DNA from: the human T2T-CHM13v2.0 reference genome, Homo sapiens
DNA: 64,000 bases
Direction: 5' to 3' (one strand)
Assembly: GCF_009914755.1 (NCBI RefSeq)
Contig: NC_060928.1
Position numbers and translations under genes: made by a program
In this document: one piece after another, positions 53,542-64,000 of the stretch
How positions within the stretch are numbered: the first letter of the stretch is position 1
How the letters are laid out: each line of letters starts with the position of its first letter
Notes under the pieces: model-generated
What the model was told of the DNA's origin: nothing
Database searches by the model: none
What the model saw: the letters and a program-made list of their open reading frames with translations, nothing else

Positions 53542-54952
53542 TTGTTAATTTATTTTTAATTTTAAATTTTAGATACAGGGGGTACATGTGCAAATTTGTA
53601 ACATGAGAACATTGCATGATCCTGGGGTTTGGAGTATAGATCCCATCATCCTGGTAGTGAGCATAGCACCCAATAGGTAGTTTTTGTTGTTGTTGTTGTT
53701 GTTATTTCTTTCTTTCTTTGAGACGGAGTCTCGCTCTGTGTCCCAGGCTGGAGTGCAGTGGCGTGATCTCGGCTCACTGAAAACTCCGCCTCTTGGACTC
53801 GTGCCATTCTCCTGTCTCAGCTCCCGAGTAGCTGGGACTACAGGCGCCCGCCACCACACCTGGCTAATTTTTTGTACTTTTAGTAGAGACGGGGTTTCAC
53901 CGTGTTAGCCAGGATGGTCTCGATCTCCTGACCTCGTGATCCACCCTCCTCAGCCTCCCAGAGTGCTGGGATTACTGGCGTGAGCCACTGTGCTCGGCCC
54001 CAGTAGGTAGTTTTTTAAATGCATCCCCCTTTCTCCACCATTTAGTAGTCCACAGTGTCTATTGTTCCTACATTTATGCTCATATTTGCCCAATGTTTAG
54101 CTCCCACTTATAAGTGAGAACATGCAGAATTTGATTTTCTGTTTCTGTGTTAATTTGCCTAGGATTATGACCTCCATCTCCATGCACGTTTCTGCAGAGG
54201 ATATGATTCCATTGTTTTTTATTGCTGTGTAGTATCCCATAGTTTATATGTTCCATACTTTTTCATCCAGTCCACTGTTGATGGGCACCTGGGTTGATTC
54301 CATGTCTTTGCTATTGTGAATAGTGTTGTGATAAATATAAGAATGCATGTAGCTTTTTAATAGAAAACTTTATTTTCTTTTGGGTATATGCCCAGTATAG
54401 GGACTGCTGGGTCCAATGGGAGCTCTGTTTTAAGTTCTTTGAGAAATCTCCAGACTGCTTTCAACAATGGTTGGATTAATCTACATTCCCACCAAAGCAT
54501 TCCCTTTTCTCCACAGCCTGACCAAAATCTGTTTTTTGACATTTTAATAGTAGCCATTCTGACTGGTATGGGATGATACCTCATTGTACTTTTAATTTGC
54601 ATTTCTCTGATGATTAGTGATGCTGAGCATTTTTTCATGTATTTGTTGGCTGCTTGTATGTCTGTTTTTGAGAAGTATCTGTTCATGTTCTTTGCTTATT
54701 TTTAATGGGGTTGTCTGTTTTTACTTGTTGATTTAAGTTCCCTATGTATTCTGGACATTAGGCCTTTGTTGGATGCATAATTTACAATCATCTTCTCTCA
54801 TTCTGTAGGTTTTCTATTTGGTCTGTTGATAGTTTGTTTTGTTTTGTAAAAGAACTTTAGTATAATTGCATCTCATTTGTTTATTTTTGTTTGTGTTGCA
54901 ATTGCTTTTGGGGACTTAGTCAAAAATTCTTTGTCAAGGTTGATGTCAAGAC
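53542..54952 (-). mobile_element. Older primate L1 (L1PA13-16/L1PB-like): 3' segment of a 5'-inverted insertion
   Basis: T-rich tail at the left end and a reverse 3'UTR. Minus-strand ORF 54357-54686 [35 protein letters not shown] is L1 ORF2. Confidence 0.93.
53686..53999 (-). mobile_element. AluY inserted into the L1 3'UTR
   Basis: (TTG)n/(TTTC)n tail and a reverse AluY (CACCGTGTTAGCCAGGATGG, GCCATTCTCCTG). TSD CCARTAGGTAGTTTTT at 53670-53685 and 54000-54015. Confidence 0.96.
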
Positions 54953-56210
54953 AAAATACTACAAAATAGAGCCCAGCAGCACATTAAAAAGTTAATAGAG
55001 CCTCATCAAGTAGACTTTAGTCCTGGGAGGCAAGGTGGGTTCAACATATGGAAATCAATAGATGTGATTCACCACATAAACAAAATCAAAAGCAAAAACT
55101 ATATGGCCATCTCAATAGATGTAGAGATGGTTTTCAATAAAATTCAACATCCTTTCATGATAAAACCCTCAACAGACTAAGCATTGAAGGAACACACTTC
55201 AAAGCAATAAGCCGTCTATGACAAACTGACAGCCAATATCATACTGTATGGGCAAAAGTTTGAACCATTCTCCTTGAGAAAAGGAACAAGACAAGGATGC
55301 TCACTCTCACCATTCCTATTGAACATAGTACTGGAAGTCCTGGCCAGAGCAATCAGGCAAGATAAATAAATAAAAAGCATCTGAGTAGGAAAATAAGTCA
55401 AACTATCTCTCTTCACTGATAACATAATTCTGTACTAGAGGCTCTGCCAAAATGCTCCTAGAATTGATAAACAACTTTAGTAAAGTTTCAGGATACCAAA
55501 TCAATGTACAAAAATTAGTAGCATTTCTATACACCAACAACATCCAGTCTGGGAGTAAAATCAAGAACACAATTCCACTTACAGTAGCCACAAAGAAAAT
55601 GATATACCTAGGAATACAGCTAACCAAGGAGGTGAAAGATCTCTGTAAGGAGAATTACAAAACACTGCTGAAGGAACTCAGGGATGACACAAATTAATAG
55701 AAAAATATTCCATGCTCATGGATTGAAAGAATCAATATCATTAAAATGGCCATACTGCCCAAAGCAATTTACAGATTCAAAGCTATTTCTATCAAACTCC
55801 CAACGTCATTCATCACAGAATTAGAAAAAAAAAACTTTTCTAAAATTTATATGTCACCAAAAAAGAGCCCGAATAGCCAAAATGATCCTAAGCAAAAAGA
55901 ACAAAGCCTGAGGCATCACACTACCTGACTTCAAACTATACTATAAAGTCACAGTAACCAAAACAGCTTGGTGTTGGTACAAAAACAGCCACATAGACCA
56001 ATGGAATAGCATAGAAAACTCAGAAACAAAGCTGCACACCTACAACCACCTGATCTTCCTGAAGGCTGACAAAAACAAGCAATTGGGAAAGGACTCCATA
56101 TTTAATAAATGATGCTGAGATAACTGGCTACTCTTACGCAGAACATTGAAGGTGAATGCCTACCTTTCACCATATACAACAATTAACTTAAAATGGATTA
56201 AAGATTTAAA
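54953..56210 (+). mobile_element. Inverted 5' segment of the same L1 (ORF2 reverse-transcriptase region)
   Basis: Plus-strand ORF2 fragments [52 protein letters not shown] and [21 protein letters not shown] flanks the whole element at 53532-53541 and 56214-56223. Confidence 0.92.
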
Positions 56211-57589
56211 CTCTTCAGTTTATAATATAAAGTTGGGCTTCTTTGTTTTTTGTAACTATAGACTTCAGAGTAATTCTTAATTTTATTTTGATTTTGACAT
56301 TTACTATTTTTTTTTAAATTATGTGTTAGTGTGGTCCATTTTATGACATTTTTCAGGAAGAAAGATTCATTCCAATATTTTCACAGGTATTGAAATTACG
56401 TAGAAGACAAAAGTTAGACAAAATCGGTGGGGGGAGCACTTAAAATAACCTTAATGAAGAAATTTCTTAAAAACTGAAGAATCCCTTGTATAGTTAATTT
56501 AAAACTTCTTTGTGTGGCAGAAAAAAAAAGTAAATAATTTTTTTTTAAAGTCACTACATTGACATTGCCAATAAAAATAGAAGAAAGAAAATGCTAAGAA
56601 CCTTTAGGCTATTATTAAATAACTCTAAGTTATATTAATATAAACTACCTGAAAAGAGGTAAATGGTCTTACATTTGTGTTCAAACAATTAGGTTTATAA
56701 AGGAGTTCTTCCTATTAAAAGGTCCATCAAAGAGGAGATTTACCCGTAAAACATAAACACATGTGGGATTAATCTCGGTTTCAGTTTGTTCTTACAGTCA
56801 GTTTTTTTAAGCAAAATTAAAAGAATATGGAACTGGGTGTTGGTATTCAAGTTTTAAATTAAGGATGTTCAAACTGCAACTTAATGCCTGTCTCAGTAAA
56901 TTGTATGCAGACTGTTTAAACAATTTTTTAAAAGCTCTCAAAAATTTAAAAAGCATGTGAAATGTTAAGCTTTCCTGAAATACCACCATGGCCTTTAGTC
57001 AGGACCCATTGTGGGTACCTGTCAGGTTTTTGAAACCAAAGAGACAAAAACATTGGAAATTTTTAATTTTAACACTTGAACCTGAAAGAATACCAGATTT
57101 AGATTATTAACTAGTCAGATGGCTTTGTTTCCTCTAGCAGCAGATATTCAACTCGATTCAGCTATAAACTGTAATGACATGAAAAGCATTCTATTCTACC
57201 TTTGAGGAAATATGGAGGCATGATTGGGTAAAGAAAAGGAAAAATAAAACTAATGCCAACATGTATCATCTTCATAAATATCCTGTTAAATATCCTCATG
57301 TTATTTTTTTCTTTCTTCCAATGTCTAGGCACTCATAGCCAAAATATCTTTGTAAAAATTTATAGAAAAGGGGGAGAAGGATGGGAAATGTGAATAGTTA
57401 ATGAAACTCTACATCCTGTTTGTTACGTTAAATGTTGATGTGGTGATGTGCTTTTATGTTGCAGATTTCTACTATATTTGAGATGATACCAGAATAAACC
57501 TTTTTATTCTGGAGAAAAATCTTGTCAAATCCAAATTTCTTGGCAAGAAACTTTGAGGATGATAATAGTGACAATAATGATAATATCAA

Positions 57590-57840
57590 GAATAAAGCCA
57601 ATGTTTTTTAAGTGCTTAATATGAGCCAGGACTTTATGTATATTATGTCACTAGATCTTTTCAGAAGCTTCGTGGAAGATAATGCTGTCATTATTATTGT
57701 AGAAAATGAAACTAAGAATCAGGGGAGTTGATTATTTTGCTTATAGTCTCTATGCTAGTAAGTGGTGAACTTATTAATAGAATATGAAATTATGTAGTCT
57801 TGTTCAAGAGCCCATGAGCCTAACAATTATGTTCTTCTGC
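57590..57840 (-). mobile_element. MIR SINE
   Basis: AAGTGCTTAATATGAGCCAGG..TTTATGTATATTATGTCACT..GAAACTAAGAATCAGGGGAGTTGATTATTTTGCTTATAGTC..GCTAGTAAGTGG. Confidence 0.65.
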
Positions 57841-60800
57841 CTATCTATATTAACCAGTTTTAATACTTTTATGTAGCAAGTTTGAACATTGTTTGATCAC
57901 AATATTCTCAATCTGGAACATCACCGAGATCACTTTATACTGACCTGATGGTAATGTTTGACCATGTTACCTGGCTTCCCTTTCTTTCATTATCAGTCAC
58001 ATACAAACATCATGTCCTGAAAGTCTCCAGTTCCACTAACATGGGTCAGCATCCTAAGTCACATCAACCCTTTTCTTCTCCCATCTCACCCTGTGGATTC
58101 AATGTTTCTAGTTTTGAAAATTTACCTACAATGTAACACAAAGGATATCTATCAGTATAAATACTGAAGGTATTTTGATATTACATATAATTAGTAATCA
58201 TTTGAAAACAATCAAATGATAATAGTTATCTTTATTTTAAAGATGCAACTTCTAAATGTAACCATGCAATAATTGCAATTGTACTTCATGTGAGAGTAGA
58301 CACTTAAGATTACATGAGGAATCAGTAAGGCAATGTGAGCTTTGTCTTAAAAGTCCTTATATAATACAGAGTAGAGAATTTATAGCATTGAAATGGCACT
58401 TAACATATTGGGTTACAATAATAACTCTTTTCCTTTATTTATAGAATGTGTTCATTCAATTGCTATTGCATTAAACTTCTAAAGCATGAACCCAATAAGA
58501 AACAGTATGGCTTATTAATTTTAATTCAGTCCCTTTCACTTTTTGATGAATAATACAACTTCTTGTCTACTCTAATTCACATAAAACAGAATCTAAAAAT
58601 ATTACAACAGTGAAGTTTAATTCTGCTATTTAATCAGATTTTTTCTTAATTTATACTTCCCCTTCATTTATATTTCTTTGTTCATTTATCTTTCTAATAC
58701 TGATGAATGGAGTTTTAAAAAGTATTCCAAAATTGGTGCTTCAATCAAAACCTGTGCTTCTTTCAGCTAATGCTTCACACATACTACTTTCCAAACTAGC
58801 TGCCTTTTGCTTCAACTGTCACATTTTAAAATAATTAAGACACTTGCCATCCACTGGCTATTGAAGTTCATGAATTAATTGACCTGAATGTTTTGGATTT
58901 CTTTGATCTAAGCTATTTTCTCTATAATACTGTGATTTACCTGACATTAAAGGGCAAACTAAGCAATGAGTTTCTGAACTACATTCACACAATACAGCAG
59001 CAGTATTCCAATAAGTGGCATTAATTGCAATTAGGATATTTACATGGAAGCAGGATGCAAATATAACATTTTTGGGATACATCAAATGCCAGAAATTATT
59101 ATTAAAATTAGACCAATGGAAGATATAATCATTTGGTTCTATTCTGCAAATGTAGTTCAACACCCACTATATCCAGGCATTTTGGAGGAAATCAGTAAAA
59201 TGCCTGTGAGTCTAATTGAAGAAAATGAAAATGAGTATGGTCTGAATGTAGCCCCTCCTACTCCTTTTATTATGGCGAGAGAAAGTTTTCTCTTTTAATA
59301 TTCACCTTTTCACTTTAAAATTAAAAGGCCAAAAAAAAAAAGGCAAATAATTGAGAATAAGAATTAATACAGGTTAAGGTAACTGAATTTTTGCAATCAT
59401 AATTTCAGCCTAGGTAGATAAATGTAGAAAACATAATTCCAATTATTTGTCTTTATGATTAAGAAAAATTTGATGCAAATATACATTTGTAACTGAGGAC
59501 ACTCACTACCCCACCCTTCTAGCTTTATATATCTTTTTTATATACTCACTGGCTTACTTGCACAATGATTTTATCTTCCTACAGAATTTGAAGGCAGAGG
59601 CATTCATTATTATAAACTTTGCACGAGAACACAGAGAAAGCATTGAATCCGTTTGTTAATTCCCATTGTATATTTTCTTGCAATATTTAGCTCTTTTATA
59701 TTTCCTCTTCACTTGCATTATGATTCACATTCCAAACTGATCATTACCTCCTAAACTGTATCATACACATCTTTCTAAAATTCTGCCTTCTTAATAGAAG
59801 GGCCCTTTTAAAAACCTCTAATTATGAGAATCATACAATAGTATTACAATAATAGAGGAGGAAGAGAAAATAATTTCAAGGAAAATAAATCCAAATTTTT
59901 GTTCAGTAAACAACTTAGACTGACCCAAGCATGAGACATAATGAGCTAATGGTGAGGGAGGGGGCAAAAAAGTGGGACCACATGTCAGACACTTGACCCT
60001 AGGAAAACCAATCAAAGTCTTTTTACATGGATTAATATGGAATGCATCAAAAATTATCTTTCTTTCTGAGATCATAAGCTTGAACATTATGTAAAATTTC
60101 TGATGCTAGAGGCTATCTTTCCAACCTTAATATAAAAATCGCACAGAAGTGTTCCAATGTAGAGGACAGCAGAACTGATGAACAAGGAAAGACAAATTCA
60201 TCAGTTCATTGTTTCAAAACCTAGATGTACCTGTGCTTGAACCCCTGAACTTTTTAATGAAGAAAAGCCAATAATTTTGTAATTGATGTTATGTTAGTTA
60301 CATTTGATTGGATTTCTGTCCTTTGCAAAAGAAGATATCTTGGCAAAAAGTTGAATGGAAGTGGGACAGGTACAGAAAGTTAGGTCATTTGTGACCCACA
60401 GAATGATCTAGACCTAGCTGACAATAATACTGCTTGTGATTAGTACAAAGAAGACAAAGGCAACCAAGATCTGCAGCTTGTCTGAGCTACTACATACTAG
60501 ATCTCAGAGCAGATAAATGTTAAACCTCATAAGACGTAGGATAAGAACAGTGGATACACACTTTTCCTCTGTTGAGATTTGCACAGTAGGTGTACCGAAG
60601 TGAAAGACTTCATGGTTTCCACCATGTAAGAGACTGTCAATTTCCAGTTCCATGGGAGTCACCTTATTCAATTGGGCATGCTTTTGATTACTCATCATGG
60701 TGGTACTTATTTCTCCACACATTATCACATGCATTTTTAAAACCCATAGCACCCTTTTTTCTTCCCACTTGCTTAGCAGAACTCTAAGTATTTTTCTAAG

Positions 60801-61248
60801 TGTTCATTTCAAGTCCTACTTGAGTTAAGCTAGACTTTATCACAAATAATAAAGCTTACAATGATAATTATTTTATCATCAAATATTTGCTTCATAATTA
60901 CAATAATAACTAAAACTTCCAAAGTACTTATCATGGATCAGATATTGTACTAAGTATTTTACATTTCTTAACTCATTTAAAATTTACAACTGTCTTAAAA
61001 GGAAAAAAAAACTTTATAATCAGCACCACAATATTTAATACTTAAGGAAAAAAGCCTACTAAAGTGTAGTAGTTATATTCTGTAGTCACACAGTGAGCTT
61101 CTAATGAAAAATGTAGGTAAATTGTCGTTTTTCTTTTAATTTCAAAGTAACACAATATTGGACATATAAGTGATATTAAACCACATTTTCAATAGATTAT
61201 ACCTTGATCCAAGAAAAAGAAAAAGGTGTCTGGGATTGCTTCACCAAG

Positions 61249-61877
61249 AATATCAGTTTCCTGTTCTGCCATAACAAACTATCATAAATTAAACAGCTTA
61301 AAAACAATATGAATGCATTATCTTATCATTTATTTAGGTCAGATGTCCAGGTACAGTGTGCCTCAGCTGAGTCCCATGCTTAGAGTCTCACAAGGCAAAA
61401 CTTAAGGTATCAGCTGGCCTCTTCCTTTCTGAAGGTATGGGGATGAATGGTTTTACCAGCTAACTCAAGCTGTTGGCCGAATCTAGTGTATGTAGGATAG
61501 AAATCTAGGGGTCACCATCTTCTTGCTGGCTGTCATTTGGAACCACCCTTAACCCCTACAGGCTTGCCTCTCATCCTTGAAAATAGGACCCCACATCTGA
61601 GAGCCAATAATGGAGGATTAAATTGTTCTCATTCTTAGAATCTGTACTTTCTCTGCTCCATCTCTTCTGTCTCCTGTCAGAAAAAGTGCTCTAATTTTAA
61701 AGGCTTACATAATTAGATTGCAGCCACCAAGGTAATTCAGGAAAATCTCCCTATTTTAAGGTCTATAACAAAAATTACCTCTGCAAAGTCCCTTTTGCCA
61801 TGTAATGTAATATATTCATAGTTTTAATTCACGGATTAAAGCATGGGCATTTTTGAGAGACCATTCTGCCTACTGCA
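61249..61877 (-). mobile_element. MLT1 (MLT1D/E-like) MaLR solo LTR
   Basis: TATCAGTTTCCTGTTCTGCCATAACAAACTATCATAAA..CTGCAAAGTCCCTTTTGCCATGTAA..CCATTCTGCCTACTGCA. Flanks CCAAG/CCAGG. Confidence 0.85.
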
Positions 61878-63854
61878 CCAGGTAATCATTTTTTTTTTCT
61901 TTAACTCATACATTGCTAATATAATTTTTTTTTGAATGAGCATTGGAGTTTATGTCCAAAACAACTATAATACTACAGAGTACATGAGAGTAAAAGTAAC
62001 TATTGGCAAGGAATACATACAATGCCTCTGCTATGGCTTCAGCTTTTAAAAAGTTATGTCTGAAAAAAGCCATGCCATTCCAACTAAAAAAAAAAAACTT
62101 GCTAAGGTTATGAAAATACTCTTTGTGAAGGAGTAATTCCAAGTTGTTAAGGGTGTTGTATGAAATATTTTGAGAGATCTTTCTCTCAAAGTAAAAACAT
62201 ACTGAATTAACTATTTTATAATTAGAGTTCAGTTATTTTAACAAACATTTACTAAACACCCTAACCGATTGTAGTGAAGAAGAGAAAAATCAACATTTAT
62301 AGACATTACTCTCAATGAACTTACAATTTAATTATAATATAGTGGTTATAGAGGAAGACAAACAAACCCATTAGTGACTTCATAGCAAAAAGAAGATTAA
62401 ATATTTACTTTATGTCCTTTAAATTTCTCTAGTCTTTCCTTTTCCTCTTTAGGAGGCATTTATTAATATTATCCTCGCTTCTGTTAAAAATAAAATTTCA
62501 CTTTTGACCACTGCTATGTAAAATTAACACCATAGGATCACAGAATTGACAGTGATATTAGATCTTGCAGGCCCAACCTCCTCAATTTATAAGGCATAAC
62601 TGAACACTTTTCCTGCTTGTAAGCTCATTAAAGAACATGTGCTTAAGAACAAAAGATTTGCCCAACCCAGTCAGATTCAAGAGCTATGTAACACAGTATT
62701 AGATCTCCGAACAGGTGGGTTTAAAAGAACATGGTTGCTCTTCACAATTTCTATTTCAAAATACGAGTCATGCCTATGTTCTATGTTCCCTTACCTATTC
62801 GTTAAATTTCAAAATTTCAAAACTTTTAAAGAAATTGGGGAAACAGTTCTTCTTTAATGAATGACTTTCTGCACATTTCATAAAATGTTTAGCTACCCTA
62901 GGCTTCACCCAATAAATGCCACTAATTGGAGTGACAAATTTCCTCTTTGCCTCATCCGAAAAATCAGAGAAAAACCTGTATTTTTTCTAAGTCTCCACAG
63001 GTGGGTGGGTACTAATAATATTAACTAAGTATGATGGAAAAGACATGAGTTTCTACTTTACTATTAATGATTTAGAATATTTTGTGTGAATGAAATACAA
63101 ATCTAACTGGGAAATTCCAATGTTCATTTAAATATGTCACAAAAGACATAATATAATAAATAAGCATTAAAGACAGAACATGTGACTATTACTGTGAATT
63201 CAGATTTTAACCTGGGCAAAACACAGTGTTTAAAGTTGCAGTGTCACTCTACAACAATAATTCCCCACTCACAAAAGATACTTCAAGAATGAAACTTACG
63301 GAACCCTAAATATTGTGATATTCTTCTTTATTTCCTCATTTCATATAAATTCACAATGAGGAAAGAGCAGAAGTTTCTAGAAATAATATAATTAAATTTT
63401 TCTTTTAAGGCAAGTACATATAATTTTTAGTTTTATGGCTTTTATTCACATCAAATAGGTGCTTGCTGACTTGACAGATAATTATAACAGCAGTGTATTC
63501 ACAACACATGATTTTATGAATAAGGATTAAAGATGAGAATAGAATTAATCACAAGGATGCCTTTCTATTGAGCCACCAAAATGATGTCCTAGGGCAAATG
63601 AAATCCTGGAAAATGGATTGATTACAGGGCCTAGCCCAGACATCAAGTTAGCAAGTGGGAGATTTTTGTTTCATTATGTTTTGTTTTGTTTTTCTCTCAG
63701 CTTCAAGACTGAAAGTTTGTTGGGGTATGGAGCCAGCCAGGTTATTTTGTTACCCATTTGTTTTTACAACTGTTTTATCATTGGATTTCCATGCATGTAC
63801 ACGTGCACACACACATGTGTGCATGTGTGTAGTTGTGTTATTTAAGGTTTTCTC

Positions 63855-64000
63855 TTTTTTTGAGGCATAATCTCACTCTGTCTCCCAGGCTGGAGTGCAA
63901 TGGTGCGATCTTGGCTCACTGCAACTGCCACCATCTGAGTTCAAACAATTCTCCTGCTCACCCCTTCAAGTAGCTGAGATTACAGGCACCCACCACCAAG
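63855..64000 (-). mobile_element. Alu SINE (right arm; truncated by the window end)
   Basis: TTTTTTTGAGGC..TCTCACTCTGTCTCCCAGGCTGGAGTGCAATGGTGCGATCTTGGCTCACTGCAAC. Confidence 0.93.

Noticed and set aside
54953-56210. Active or novel reverse transcriptase system
   Set aside because: Decayed L1 ORF2 fragments with stops and frameshifts, inside a 5'-truncated inverted insertion.
58850-59300. TAAT/ATTA-rich stretch as a conserved homeodomain enhancer, or its 84/101-aa ORFs as genes
   Set aside because: Such motifs are expected at this AT content, conservation cannot be assessed here, and the peptides are unrecognisable.

Overview
AT-rich, repeat-dense primate (human-like) intergenic DNA, judged from Alu, L1PA, THE1/MST, Tigger, MIR and L2 elements. 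No intact protein-coding gene, RNA gene or prokaryotic system can be supported. The one gene-derived feature is a full-length processed pseudogene of PES1 (pescadillo ribosomal biogenesis factor 1) at about 9465-11715 (+). Almost every other ORF in the track is a transposon fragment or chance. I found no convincing new biological system. The signals most worth following up are: (1) a ~228-bp inverted templated insertion at 40.2-41.2 kb flanked by a perfect 41-bp direct repeat; (2) the CpG-island-like 5' part of the PES1 retrocopy, which has a duplicated ETS motif, a new Kozak ATG and an unbroken 195-codon frame; (3) an old ~260-bp duplication at 15.6/16.8 kb; (4) an L1 with a twin-priming inversion; (5) a candidate 102-bp exon. 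Repeat family names come from recalled consensus sequences, not from a database search, so subfamily calls and ancient-repeat boundaries are approximate.
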